NCBI GenBank assembly: GCA_964016885.1
Contig: OZ024766.1
Span: 13,640,001-13,704,000, forward strand
DNA: 64,000 nucleotides
Source: Eledone cirrhosa
Taxonomy: Eukaryota
Direction: 5' to 3'
Shown: positions 12,730 through 25,468 of the stretch, one piece after another
How positions within the stretch are numbered: the stretch's first letter is position 1
Layout: the number at the start of each line of letters is the position of its first letter
The notes under the pieces: model-generated
Seen by the model: the letters and a program-made list of their open reading frames with translations, nothing else
Databases searched by the model: none
Told to the model about the DNA's origin: nothing
Translations under genes and position numbers: made by a program

Positions 12730-13873
12730 GTCCATGTGGGAGTCATTGATACCAATGCTAGGGATGGCTGGTCTTCTATATTACTGTATAACACCAAAGA
12801 TCTCGATCCTGTGTCATTGTCTTTGAGAAGTGCAATTGTGTCAGGTCAACTGTTATCACCTCATCCCAGGTCTTCCTACTTCATTGCTTCCATCAGTTGT
12901 GTGAGGTCAGCTTTTATCACCTCATCCCAGGTCTTCCTACTTCATTGCTTCCATCAGTTGTGTGAGGTCAGCTTTTATCACCTCATCCCAGGTCTTCCTA
13001 CTTCATTGCTTCCATCAGTTGTGTGAGGTCAGCTTTTATCACCTCATCCCAGGTCTTCCTACTTCATTGCTTCCATCAGTTGTGTGAGGTCAGCTTTTAT
13101 CACCTCATCCCAGGTCTTCCTACTTCATTGCTTCCATCAGTTGTGTGAGGTCAGCTGTTATCACCTCATCCCAGGTCTTCCTACTTCATAGCTTCCATCA
13201 ATTGTGTGAGGTCAGCTGTTATCACCTCATCCCAGGTCTTCCTACTTCATAGCTTCCATCAATTGTGTGAGGTCAGCTTTTATCACATCATCCCAGGTCT
13301 TCCTACTCCATAGCTTCCATCAATTGTGTGAAGTCAGCTTTTATCACCTCATCCCAGGTCTTCCTACTTCATGGCTTCCATCAATTGTGTGAGGTCAGCT
13401 GTTATCACCTCATCCCAGGTCTTCCTACTTCATAGCTTCCATCAATTGTGTGAGGTCAGCTTTTATCACCTCATCCCAGGTCTTCCTACTCCATATCTTC
13501 CATCAATTGTGTGAGGTCAGCTGTTATCACCTCATCCCAGGTCTTCCTACTCTATAGCTTCCATCAATTGTGTGAGGTCAGCTGTTATCACCTCATCCCA
13601 GGTCTTCCTACTCTATAGCTTCCATCAATCGTGTCAGGTCAGCTGTTATCACCTCATCCCAGGTCTTCCTACTCCATAGCTTCCATCAATTGTGTGAGGT
13701 CAGCTGTTATCACCTCATCCCAGGTCTTCATACTTCATAGCTTCCATCAATTGTGTCAGGTCAGCTTTTATCACCTCATCCCAGGTCTTCCTACTCTATA
13801 GCTTCCATCAATTGTGTCAGGTCAGCTATTATCACCTCATCCCAGGTCTTCCTACTTCATAGCTTCCATCAAT
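12730..13873 (-). repeat. RTE 3' fragment expanded into a 61-bp minisatellite, about 17 copies (12835-13873)
   Basis: Unit reverse complement attgatggaagctatgaagtaggaagacctgggatgaggtgataacagctgacctcacac resembles the RTE ORF C-terminus at 3501-3569. Confidence 0.9.
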
Positions 13874-13975
13874 TTTATAAAATGCTTGAAAACAACTTAG
13901 AAAAAATGTTAATCAAAATCCAAATTTAATCCCAAAGAGAGGAAATTGGAACATTATCCACTGAAAGTTGCTTAA

Positions 13976-14444
13976 CCCTTTAGTTTACAAACCAGCCCAA
14001 ACTGGCCAGAATTCTCTACCTCTTTCTGTTGAAACTGGTTGTAACTGGTTGCTCAGACTGATGTTAAAGTATTGTTCTCAAAATAAATACTTTCAAAATC
14101 TGATAGATTCAATATTATGTGAGATAAAGCCTTTACCATGAAAATATAATAGTATATATAAAATAATGTGAATGCTAAAGGGTTAACCCTTTAACATTTA
14201 AACCGGCAATAACTGGCCAGAGTTCTGTCCTCTTTTTCTTTTTAAACCACTCGTAACTGGCCACTCATACTGATGTTAAAGTATTGTTCTCAATATAAAT
14301 AATATCAGATTCGATATTATGTGAGGTAAAGACTTTGCCATGGAAATATAATAGTATATATAGAGTAATGTAAATGTTATGTGAGATAAAGACATTACCA
14401 TGGAAATATAATAGTATATATAGAATAATGTAAATGTTAAAGGC
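13976..14444. mobile_element. Two tandem TTAA-flanked (piggyBac-type) MITEs, 13976-14182 and 14187-14444
   Basis: TTAA|CCCTTTAG...CTAAAGGG|TTAA|CCCTTTAA...TTAAAGGC|TTAA, with similar internal sequences. Partial ends also at about 50640 and 50810. Confidence 0.75.
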
Positions 14445-14649
14445 TTAAACCCTGAAGAAAGGACTTTTAGGTCCCGAAATATTGGACAGATAAAAGAACA
14501 ACAACAAAAAAACAAAACAAAGATTACCAGGTAACTTTTACTTTTCCTTACCTCATCTTATAGTCCATTTTGCATTGTTTAGCCTTCTATCTCTTTCAAC
14601 GTTATATTTTATATAGAATGCTTCAAACAAACTACAACATTTAATTATA

Positions 14650-14985
14650 TATCATCATCATCATCTTCAATTAACGTCCATCTTCCACACTAGCATGTGT
14701 TAGACGGGTCCCATTTAGAGGCAAGTGTGGGCTGGATGCTTTTTTGCTGTCTTCTACACGTCCAGTGTGGGTGAGATATATATATATGTGTATGTATATA
14801 TCATCACCATTTAGCGTCCATTTTTCCATTCTTGCATGGGTTAGACGGGTCATCCACGCCAGGAGGCAAGTCTGGCCAGGGTTGGCCATGTGTCGCACCT
14901 TGCTCAGGTGAGGTCTGTAAATTTGGTGGGGTATTTTACAGCTGGATTCCCTTCCTAACATCAACCATGTTTACAGTGTGGAACT
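14650..14985 (-). mobile_element. RTE 3' UTR / SINE tail fragments
   Basis: (ATC)n...AACGTCC...CATGGGTTAGACGG...CAGCTGGAT.CCCTTCCTAAC matches the reverse complement of 3860-4020. Confidence 0.75.
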
Positions 14986-16030
14986 GGATGGCTCTGTTAT
15001 GAGGAGGGACAGGCCAGTTGGCTGCACTGAACTCGTCTCACAGTGGAACTATAATTTTGGGGGCCTGGTACTGGGTGGCACCACTGTGAGGAGGGGGTAG
15101 CCAGTCAGCTGCTCCAAACTCATCTCACGAGGTTACCACAGTTTTGGGGCCCTGTACTAGATGATCCCGCTATAGTGATGGTGTAGCTAGTTTATATGAA
15201 TAAGTAAATCTGACGCAGTTTACCAATGTACCGTACTTACTGGCGCCAATGACGACCAATTTTTGAAAAAAAATAATAATCAACCTTCGGCCTCCAGGAC
15301 ATATGGTAGATATTTTGGACTTATATTAGGGAAAAAGTAATGTCTTCGATGCTAGGAAATATGGTGAAAATGTAAAATTTCCACTGTTAAATCTATCCCT
15401 GCATTTTAAGTATTCTCTATTATCTCATACTGTTACTTTCTTATAAGTCCTATAAGAATGCATTTTTTGCTAAACTGCCATAGAGCAGACCTCTGAAATG
15501 ATAGAAGGATATAATTTATAGAGCATGCTGGAATACCACTGCTTACATTGGAGAGAATTTCTCTGGACAGAATGTTGATATCTACAGTTTACCAATATAG
15601 AAATATAACATTTCCACTGTTAAATCTATCTCTGCTTCTAAAGTATTCTCTATTATCTCATACTGTTTCTTTCTTATTTCAGAATATCAGATGACATTGG
15701 GATAAATTATTATTTTCAATCTTGGATACATCATCTCTATTTATCATCATTTGAAGACTAAAACCTTCTAAACAGAACTTATATAACACTGTTTATATAA
15801 ATCTATAGTTCAATTACTGTGAAATATTTCCTCAAAACTGAGTTTATTTTCTTCACTATAAGATGGTTTTGTATTTTAACTAAACTTGGATGAAACAGAA
15901 GTTTGTATTATCTTCAGATATTAACTGAAATCACAGTTGAGGGAAATATAGAAGAATATTTTATAAGAAATATAATATAAAAAATATTACAAGAAAAACA
16001 TCTGTATATTCTGTTGAAGAAGAAATCATT

Positions 16031-16750
16031 ATGCCAAATAAATTGACAAAGAAGATTAAATGTGAAACACAATCTAAAGTGTTTAGTATTGCTGGTGAGA
16101 TGACAAAGGTTAGAGAAGAGAAGCCATATCACTGTGATATCTGTGATAAATCATTCTCTCAAAGTGGTACCTTAACTACTCACAAACGTATACATACAGG
16201 AGACAAGCCATATCACTGTGATATCTGTGGTATATCATTCTCTGGGAAAAGTAGCCTAACTACTCACAAATGTATACATGCAGAAGAGAAATCATAATGC
16301 ATTGACATCAGTGATAAATCCTTCTCTCAAATTTGTGAATTAATGAGAATACAAATACATATCATTGTAACATCTTAGGGAAATCCTTCTCTTTGAATGT
16401 TACATTAACTACACACACACATATACATACAGCTGGGAAGCCATATCACTTTGATATATTTGGTACATCATTCTCTAAATGTTGTGGCTTCACTAGACAC
16501 CAACATCTACAGGAGAGGAACCATATCACTGTGATGTCTGTGATAAATCCTTCTCTAAATGTTGTGGTTTCACTAGACACCAACATATACATACAGGAGA
16601 GGAACCATATCACTGTGATGTCTGTGATAAATCCTTCTCTAAATGTTGTGGTTTAATTAGACACTAACATATACAGGAGAGGAACTATATCACTGTGATG
16701 TCTGTGGTACATCTTTCTCTTATAAAGATTACTTAATGCAACACAATTAG
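16031..16750 (+). pseudogene. C2H2 zinc-finger gene, decayed after two intact fingers
   Basis: [41 protein letters not shown], then TAA at 16295 and about five degenerate or frameshifted fingers. Possible upstream acceptor ttcttatttcag at about 15682. Confidence 0.85.
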
Positions 16751-16819
16751 ATAAAAACCATGTCACTCACCTAAAATAGTGCCATCAATGTTGTTAATAT
16801 TTTGAATAAACCTGTTTTA

Positions 16820-17240
16820 CTAAGAAATTCTCCTTTCATTTTATGCCCGTACAAACACAGTCTTCTCTCTTACACACCACTTCAGCTCACTCTTAAACCC
16901 AGCTTCTTCTTCAACTTGTCCAAGCTCTCCCTTTCTCTCACACTTACACAACATATCCTACAAAGCATGGTTGTTTCATATCTCTCCAGTCTACATAACC
17001 TCTGCAGTCACAGCCCTTATTTCGTTACCATGCATCATTGCATATCACCCACATGTGTCATACAGTTGTCCTTTTGTACAGAGAGAGAGAAACCTTTTGT
17101 GGTCAACTGTTGCAGTAGCTCTCTAAACTTTTTCCATCCTATCCTTATTCTAGCTATACATCTTTCAGAGCAGCCCTCTCCACTTCTAATTAACTCACCT
17201 AGATTGCAAAATATATTTGTCAGCATACTTTATGAAGGGT
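16820..17240 (-). mobile_element. Old RTE RT C-terminal fragment
   Basis: FCNLGELIRSGEGCSERCIARIRIGWKKFREL. Confidence 0.75.
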
Positions 17241-17389
17241 CTGTTTGGAAGTGCCTCGCCTAATAAACAATGGTGCCATAACTGGACTCAGAAACCAATG
17301 GTCACACATACATGGTAAGTTAGCTAAGAACGTAGGTTTTACATTGGTTCACTGCGCTGGAGAAGTAAGCAGCAATCACGTTTAGGAGA

Positions 17390-18000
17390 CAAGCTCTATC
17401 AAATATTTAAAGGGTTCCATAGAAGCAGTTGACAGTTTCTGTTACCTGGGGTATCAAATAAGCAGTGGAGGTAGGTGTTCTGAAAGTACAGTAACAAGAG
17501 TAAGAACAAGATGGCAGAGGTTTAGGGTGTTACTACTGCTGCTAGCTACAAAAGGTTGTTTCACCAAATTGATGTGTGCATATAAACAGCAATGCTGCAT
17601 TGCAGTGAGGACCCCAGAAGATTGGATAGAAATGAAGCTTGAATTCTCCGATGGATGTGTAATATTAATATACATGAAGGGGAAAGTGTAAATAAACTGA
17701 GAGAGAACCTGGGCATGAGAGGGAAAAGATACAGTATGCAGGAGAGGAGATTGCTGTGGTATGGACATGTGATGTGTATGAAGGTAGAGATGCTGTATAA
17801 AAGGTTGACCACTTGAAATTGATGGAAGAGGAAGACCTAGGAATGCTTGGGATGTGGAGGTAAAAACTGACCTGACACCATTGTACCTCTCAAAGGTGAT
17901 GACACAGGATTGAAGTCTCTGGCGTTATACAGTACTGCAGGAGACCTGCATTCCCATGTGCACGGGTTGACACAACATTTAGTGGTTTGAAGTATGCTCC
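17390..18000 (+). mobile_element. Old RTE RT C-terminal fragment
   Basis: Similar to 3060-3640 (agcagtggaggtaggtgttctgaaagtacagta; tggtatggacatgtgatg). Confidence 0.75.
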
Positions 18001-18204
18001 AATTTTCCTCCCTTTCACATCTTAACACTCCACCCCCTTACCAGCTAAGTACACCACCCTGACCTACCTCTCCAATCCCCACTCTACATACACACAACCC
18101 CACCCCCACTTTCACATCTGATACACCTCTCTTGACCAACCCATGTATACAAGTAAGGAAAGCTTAACATTATCTCCTCCAATGCTGCTGAAATGGCTAA
18201 AAGC

Positions 18205-18465
18205 CCTCAGGCAACCCTGTAAGGTGGTCATGCAGGTGTCATGACAAAAGAACACTGAGTCCTCTCTGTTAGGTAACATGACAAAAGAACACCTAACCCT
18301 CCCTGCAAGGTAGTCATGCTGATGACATGACAAATAAGCACCCAGTCCACCCTGTGAGGTAGACATGACAGAAGGCCCCTAGCCCACTCTGTAAAGTAGT
18401 CATGCTAGTGGCAAGACTGAAGGGACCCGAAGCACCCTTCAAAGTGATCAAATTGGTGACATGAC
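18205..18465. repeat. Diverged tandem repeats resembling the RTE/SINE 3' UTR module
   Basis: Recurrent ccctgtaaggt.gtcatgc..gtg.catgacaaaag, about 5 copies. Confidence 0.55.
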
Positions 18466-19548
18466 TTGACACCATTTTTTAGTTTACTTCTAAAATATCT
18501 CATTTTTATTTTACTTCTAAAATATCTCATATATTTAAAAATTACTTATTTTAAAAAATTATTATTTATTTCTTAAAAAAATTACTTTTTAAAGATTATT
18601 TAAAATTTTTTAATATTTTTAAATATTTTTTTAATATTTTTAAACATTTTAAATAGTTTAAGTACTTTTTAAGTATTTTATTTTGTTAAAAGGGTTTTTT
18701 GAGTATCTTCTGAGATTAAAAAACATTTTTTTTTTTATTTTTCCAGAAATTTTTTCCAGAACTTTTAATATTTTAATATTTTTAATATTTTTTAATTATT
18801 TAATATTAGAGTTATAACCAATAACTAATTCTGGCTATATATATCTTTCAACATTTATATCTTCGTCAAAATGGTCTCATACTAACTAATAAATAAACAA
18901 AGCTGGGTTTTTCAGTATCTTCCTAATTTAAAACATTAAAAACATATAAATAATCTTATTAACTCAGTTAATTTAATTACTTACACTAAATATAAACCAG
19001 TATCCCTCATAACTTATTAAAACAATTATCTATAACATGATATAGCCATTTATCCACTCATATATCTATTCTTCTATCTATTGATTCTCCTATTTTCTAC
19101 TTTATATCTATTTATTTTCAATTTATTATTCAATGTCTTTATATATATTTATTTTTTCTATATATCTATTTTTCTATATACTTATAATAGTAAATATTAT
19201 ATTGTATTATATTAGAATTCTAACAATAATTAGTAAATATACGTAACATTAATATAAACTTAATACTTATTTACGTTACATGAGTTCATCCTCTATAAAT
19301 GTCTTTCTTCTCTCTATCTCTCTATCTATCTCATAACAGTAATTTTTTTCTCTCTCTTTCTTCTCTTTCTTCCCTATGTTTCCCCAGCGTAATTTAAATA
19401 AACGGTTGTTTTTTCAATTTTTCATACATTCATTTGCATATTCACACATAACTTTGAATTACCCCTAATAAGTTTCCCCTATCCAGGGAATTTCCGACCG
19501 TTAAGGTTGATTTCCATGGGTATGTCGTTATTTATAAAACAAATTTTG

Positions 19549-19613
19549 TATTTTATCTGATGAAAGAGCACCAAGATTGACTTGGTCGCCCTTGAAATAT
19601 ATATAATAAAATA
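19549..19613 (+). ncRNA. Type I hammerhead ribozyme (minimal, palindromic stem III)
   Basis: tattttat CTGATGA [aag.gc accaag attga cttggt .gc.ctt] GAAA tatata TA ataaaata. Stem I is 8 bp and perfect; predicted cleavage after 19605. Confidence 0.75.
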
Positions 19614-20681
19614 AATATGCAAAAGTTCTATTTAAATTGTTGGGATACAACGAGCAAATATGTTTATAACTGATATAAAGCACTCAACAAGTATTTGGAA
19701 TAAACATACGATATTAACAATCCTTTTGTATTTTATGTACTCAATTATACTATGTACTATATTGATTTATACTTCTCTCTATATGTACTTGACATACATG
19801 TACATGTGTTCTATGCATTTTTATGAATATATGTCTGTCTGTATGTATGCATGCGTGACGCGTATCTACCAATTGGATGAGGATGCACACACATGTATAT
19901 ATATGTATATGTAAGAATTGTGTGTGTACATGTACATGTATACCCATACAATTTGATTGCAGATAGACATAACTAACAGCCATAAATGCATAACAGCTAA
20001 TCTTATATATTTATATATATATATTAAAAAGAAATTGTTATAAAAAATATTTTATTTAATAACACAAAGGATGGATAACATTAAATTAAAAATTCATTTA
20101 TGCTTTGTATGTATATATTATATACGTGGTTAGATATGGTGTGTATTTTGTGAGTGTGTGTATATATATATTTATGTGTATTTTTGCGTGTGTGTACGTG
20201 TTATATGATATGTAGTTCTCTAGCAATATATAGATTTCTTAATGTTTAGATTCCAATTTTTAATATATTGATCTCAATTTTTAAACTAAATATCTAATCA
20301 TAGTTAAACAATGATTAATTTCTCATATTATGTATGTATATTCCATTCATGATTATTAATATTTCTAATTTTATTTATTCATTTCATCTCAATTGTTAAG
20401 TTAACTTAATATGACATGACTTAATGTTTTCATTCTTTCCCCCTCTCTCTATCTCTCTATTTTTCTCTCTGTCTGGTGTTTTGATATATCTCTCTCGTTT
20501 TTCTCTCTTTTTTCTGTCTCCCTTTTCTCTCTCTCCGTCTTTTTCCTTATCTGTAACACAACGACTTATTTTAAAAATACTAATATAAGTAAACAACTCC
20601 ACTATCCCTGAGTCTTCCAAAAGTAACGGTTGCATTTTGTAAGGGTATGTCAATATTTATTTATAAAACTGTTATATATTG

Positions 20682-20746
20682 TATTTTGTCTGATGAAAGC
20701 ATACCATAATTTAACATGGTATCCTTGAAATATGTATAATGAAATA
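20682..20746 (+). ncRNA. Type I hammerhead ribozyme, paralog of 19549
   Basis: tattttgt CTGATGA [aag c ataccat aatttaac atggtat c ctt] GAAA tatgta TA atgaaata. Stem I pairs with two GU wobbles. Confidence 0.7.
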
Positions 20747-20814
20747 GATATGGTTTTATAAATATAGTTTCCATTTGTTAATATCGTATAATAAAATAAA
20801 TATAATTTTATAAA

Positions 20815-21195
20815 TCATCATCACCGTTTTACGTCCGTTCTTCCATGCTAGCATGGGTTAGACGGGTTGTCCTGTTGTGGGCAGTGTCTGGTCGGCTGAC
20901 CATGCCTTGCTCATACACGTACTGATTTTGGCTTTTCTACAGCCGGATGCCCTTCCTAACACCAACCTCATTTACAGTGAGTGTTGGGTGCTTTTTTCCG
21001 TGGCGCCTATGCGTCCACTTTACAGTGTGGGCTGGGTGCTTTTTTTGTGTGGCACCTCCACGACCACTTTGCAGTGGGAGGGTGTGGGGGCATATTGTCT
21101 ATATGCTTCAGCTTGAACCCATGGGAGGTCGGGTACTCTGTATTACTGCGTGACGCCAGAGGTCACGGTCGTGTGTCATCGCCTTTGAGAGGTGT
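20815..21195 (-). mobile_element. RTE 3' end / 3' UTR fragment
   Basis: Matches 9489-9745 and the reverse complement of the RTE 3' UTR. Confidence 0.75.
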
Positions 21196-21456
21196 GTGTT
21201 TATATATATATATATATACAAATAAATTATCGAGAATCGGAATCTCGGCCCATGAAATAATGAAACACAATCAAAGTGCTCAATAGTTTGGATAAACCAG
21301 AGCTATAACTAACGTTTAAATACCAACACACTGAGATAATGCTTAAAATCATTCGCACAGCCGAAAAAAACGACCAAGAAAATTCGGTTCAGACAAATAA
21401 TAAATATATATATATATATTTTTTCTTTTAACATATATGTGTATATAAAATATATA

Positions 21457-21531
21457 CAGGGTCTCCCCCAAAATGTATACACACTTCAACTACAGTCTAT
21501 GTAAGTGTGTATACATTTTGGGGGGACACTG
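21457..21531. mobile_element. 75-bp Tc1/mariner-type MITE
   Basis: TA|CAGGGTCTCCCCCAAAATGTATACACACTT ... AAGTGTGTATACATTTTGGGGGGACACTG|TA, with ~30-bp TIRs. Confidence 0.8.
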
Positions 21532-22321
21532 TAATATACATATCATTAAACGTATCTCCTACATGTGTATAAATAAATATACATGTATTTTATTAACAAT
21601 TTTCTGTAGAATCTGTTAAAAATGGAAGAAAATGTGGAGACTAAATAAAATTAACGTGTTGGTCACATTAACTTAATAATATAACTATATATTAATGAAA
21701 TATGTCGAAATAAAAGTTGTAATTATGACAAAAATATAGATTCGGTAGTTTATTATGACCAAGATTGAATATTTAATGGAATTAAGTGGAATTTATTAGG
21801 AAATAAGACAATAAAACAGTGAAATGTTGTGGTTAAAAGAGAGAAAAACAAAATGTCCTCTCTTTATAAACTTTAATGTGGTTGAATTAGTAGCGGCTCG
21901 GCTTACTAAACTCAGCTCTCTCAAGGGTTCGAATCTCACGTAGTTTACTATAGTGTCTACAGAGTTATCTCCTACTGCTTTTATATAATTTCACTGTTTA
22001 CACTACAGAGAGCGCTACAATCATTTACTAGTGTGACCAATGGTTTGCAGTCTGGCTAACTAACGCCAGGACTAAAGTGTTACATGGTTCCAACCGGGCT
22101 GGTTCCTTAATTTTTAAAAAGAGTTATCACCCATAGTCTTTCAGAGATTCCTCGAAAGGTGGCGTGGCGATCTGCTTTTATGAGGAGTAGTAAGAGACAA
22201 TAATATATGTAAGGAGGAGGAGTGAGAGAGACAAAAACAAAACTGTGTTAATTCTCTCTCCCCCTCGCTTCTTTTACTCTATCTACCTGTTATGTCTTCA
22301 TTTCACTGTTTTATTGTCTTA

Positions 22322-22350
22322 CTAGCAGTGTATCCCGGCGTTGCACGGGT
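22322..22350 (-). mobile_element. Helitron 3' terminus (extent of element unresolved)
   Basis: Minus strand acccgtgcaacgccgggatacactgCTAG|T gives a hairpin plus CTAG, like the end at 56667. Confidence 0.65.
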
Positions 22351-22744
22351 AAGAACATTGGTAATAGCACCTCCAATGAGAAACCTTTATTTGTGAGTGC
22401 CTGTTAAAAACTCACAAACTGGACATGCTCACCGACATCCAGAGTTGACACTGCACTCAGTGCTCCTGTGGAAGCCCCTGCATGGACACACTGGAAGAGG
22501 AAGACTGAGGTGAACATATGTTGATGCCCTCAGGACAGACACTGCCCAACATTATTCATCATTAATTGAAATACAAGGTTCATAATTATAATAAAATCTT
22601 CGAATAGACTACGAAGCCGGTAAACCTTAAAGGTACGCAACACACACATCGTTATAGCGTTTCACCAGGCAATTCCTTCCTCAATCATTACATAGATGTG
22701 TGTATGTAATAATTATTTTGTATTGTGTGTCTATTTATGAATAT

Positions 22745-23157
22745 GTATGTGTAGATGTGTGTGTGTGTAACACAGTAGATGTGTGTGTGTGTAACCCAGT
22801 AGATGTGTGTATGTAACTCAGCAGATGTGTGTGTATGTAACTCAGCAGATGTGCGTGTATGTAACACAGTAGATGTGTGTGTGTGTGTAACACAGTATGT
22901 GTATGCAACACACTAGGTGTGTGTGTATATATAACACAGTAGATGTGTATGTAACACAGTAGATGTGTGTATATGTAACACAGTTGATGTGTATATATAA
23001 CACAGATGTGTATGTAACACAGTAGATGTGTATATATAACACAGTAGATGTGTATATATAACACAGTAGATGTGTGTGTATGTAACACAGTAGATCTGTG
23101 TGTATGTAACACAGTACATGTGTGTATGTAACACAGTAGATGTGTGTGTATGTAACT
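22745..23157. repeat. ~20-24 bp minisatellite
   Basis: Unit (gt)n-atgtaacacagtagat. Confidence 0.9.
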
Positions 23158-23687
23158 AAAGTGTAACGTACGTTACGAATGGACAACTAAAAGATTTTAA
23201 CTTATTTTTTAACAATTGATGGTGGAAAAAAATTTAGATTGTCTCAATTCAGACCATAAAGGGCCGCAACACACGGTGTTTGACACACTTACCGGCTACA
23301 TAGCCTCGGAGTCTATTTTACTGAGACCGGCTACATATCTTCTTCCTAAAATCTTCCAACATAATTTTATACAAGAACCACATGTTAAGTTACTAATAAA
23401 ATAATTAATAATTAAAAACTTCAGTAAATCCTTCAAATGATATCTCAGTAATGAAATAATTAATAATTGTTATAAATACCTCAAAATTCCTCATTAATTA
23501 AACCCAAGACAGGTAAAAACTCCAGAGTCTTTCAATCGGACATGAAACAAATTAATTTCTAATGGAAGAAGTAAAGATTTTAAAGTCAGCCAAGGGAGAT
23601 CACTCTCAGCGACTTATCGTAATTCTTGTTCCTAAATTAATCCGGATGAAAATATTCCGGTGTATTTTGTGTGGAGGAAACCGGATT

Positions 23688-23830
23688 TAGGCGGTGATAG
23701 CACGCAGTACATGAACGTATGGTTCGTGAGTTCGAATCCCATACCGGGTGGTCTGTACGTCGGGGCCTTGAACAAGACACTTTATTTCTCATTGTTTTAT
23801 TTCACCCAGCTGGCAAAAATAATAAGTTGT
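23688..23830 (+). mobile_element. Diverged tRNA-derived SINE
   Basis: GAGTTCGAATCCC followed by CCTTGAACAAGACACTTTATTTC. Confidence 0.6.
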
Positions 23831-24016
23831 AATAATTATAGTGGAAACGTTGTTACATAGAATTGTCACACTGAATCTCCCTGAGAAGAATGTCAACGGT
23901 ATACGTGTCAATGAAATGCTCAGACACATTATAATATAAGATGGGTTCTACATGTATTTCAAAGGGAAGCCATGCCATACGTCTTGCTGAATCTCCCTGA
24001 GAACTACGTATATACT

Positions 24017-24742
24017 AGTGACTATCAGACATAGTGTATCTAGGATTACATTATCTAATGTACAGTACAGTAGTTAGTATTAGTGGCTATAAGACATAGT
24101 ATATCTAGGACTACATTATCTAATGTACAGTATAGAAATTAGTATTAATGGCTATCAGACATAGTGTACCTAGGACTACATTATCTAATGTACAGTATAG
24201 TGTCTATCAGACATAGTGTACCTAGGACTACATTATCTAATGTTCAGTATAGTGGCTATCAGACATAGTGTACCTCGGACTACATTATCTAATGTACAGT
24301 ATAGTGGCTATCAGACATAGTGTATCTAGGACTACATTATCTAATGTACAGTATAGTGTCTATCAGACATAGTGTATCTAGGATTACATTATCTAATGTA
24401 CAGTATAGTAGCTATTAGACATAGTGTACCTAGGACTACATTATCTAATGTACAGTATAGTGGCTATCAGACATAGTGTATCTAGGACTACATTGTCTAA
24501 TGTACAGTATAGTGGCTATCAGACATAGTGTATCTAGGACTACATTATATAATGTACAGTATAGTGGCTATCAGACATAGTGTACCTAGGACTACATTGT
24601 CAAATGTACAGTATAGTGGCTATCAGACATAGTGTACCTAAGACTACATTATATAATGTACAGTATAATGGCTATCAGACATAGTGTACCTAGGACTACA
24701 TTATCTAATGTACTATATAGCAGTTAGTAATTGTGGCTATCA
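24017..24742. repeat. 52-bp minisatellite, about 13 copies
   Basis: Unit gtggctatcagacatagtgtatctaggactacattatctaatgtacagtata. Confidence 0.95.
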
Positions 24743-24758
24743 TTATTATAGACTTCAA

Positions 24759-24930
24759 GTCGGTAGAGGGTCAGACGCCATGCTTTCCAGCATAGTTACA
24801 TACCTTTACGATCTGAGTTCAAATCCCGCCGAGGTTGACTTTGTCTTTCATCCTTAGGGGGTCGATAAAATAAAGTACCAGTAATGCACTGGGTAATTGC
24901 TGGTCTTGTGCCTAAAGTAGAAACAATTAT
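24759..24930 (+). mobile_element. SINE family A
   Basis: GAGTTCAAATCCC B box and the GGGGTCGATAAAATAAAGTACCAG core. Confidence 0.8.
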
Positions 24931-25364
24931 TATAGACTTCAAGTAAATCTTTGTCAACTTACCTCCTTCACATATAATCAATGTGTTGTGTTGTTAGTTG
25001 TTACTAAACAACCAAAGAAATAATCTCTTTGTTATCAAATTAAAAGTTTCAAAGATGTTATCAGCTTTATTTCACGACATTAACGTTGGTGTATCTTCTT
25101 CATCTTTAGTCATGAATTGATATCTTGTCAGAATGAAGTAGTGAGGATGACTTTATGTCTTTAGCTACAGATTTGATAGGAAATATATATATATTAGGTT
25201 GATATGTGGTCTAAAATATATATATTGTCTATAAATGACTGATAGCAGATGTTCTGGTGAAATAGTAGTTTTACTACTACAGATTGTAATGGAACTCTTA
25301 GTAGACACAATTGTAAAGTAAGAATAGATATGACAGTGTAAGACTGATGTCGGGGAAATTTACT

Positions 25365-25435
<71 letters not shown>

Positions 25436-25468
25436 GTTACACAAGATATAATTAGATTAATTAAAGTT

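Noticed and set aside
14452-14490. CTGAAGA-aaggac/gtccc-GAAA hammerhead-like core
   Set aside because: No stem I or UH site can be paired. At most it is a remnant truncated by the adjacent MITE.
21885-21955. tRNA-like GGTTCGAATC motif
   Set aside because: No cloverleaf could be folded; probably a decayed SINE head.
11197-24742. Regularly spaced repeats that could suggest CRISPR arrays
   Set aside because: The units are contiguous with no unique spacers, there are no cas genes, and the context is eukaryotic.
24963-25170. Strong minus-strand donor GAG|GTAAGT (similar one near 14551)
   Set aside because: Candidate exons have stops in all frames tested. They could be UTR exons but cannot be supported.
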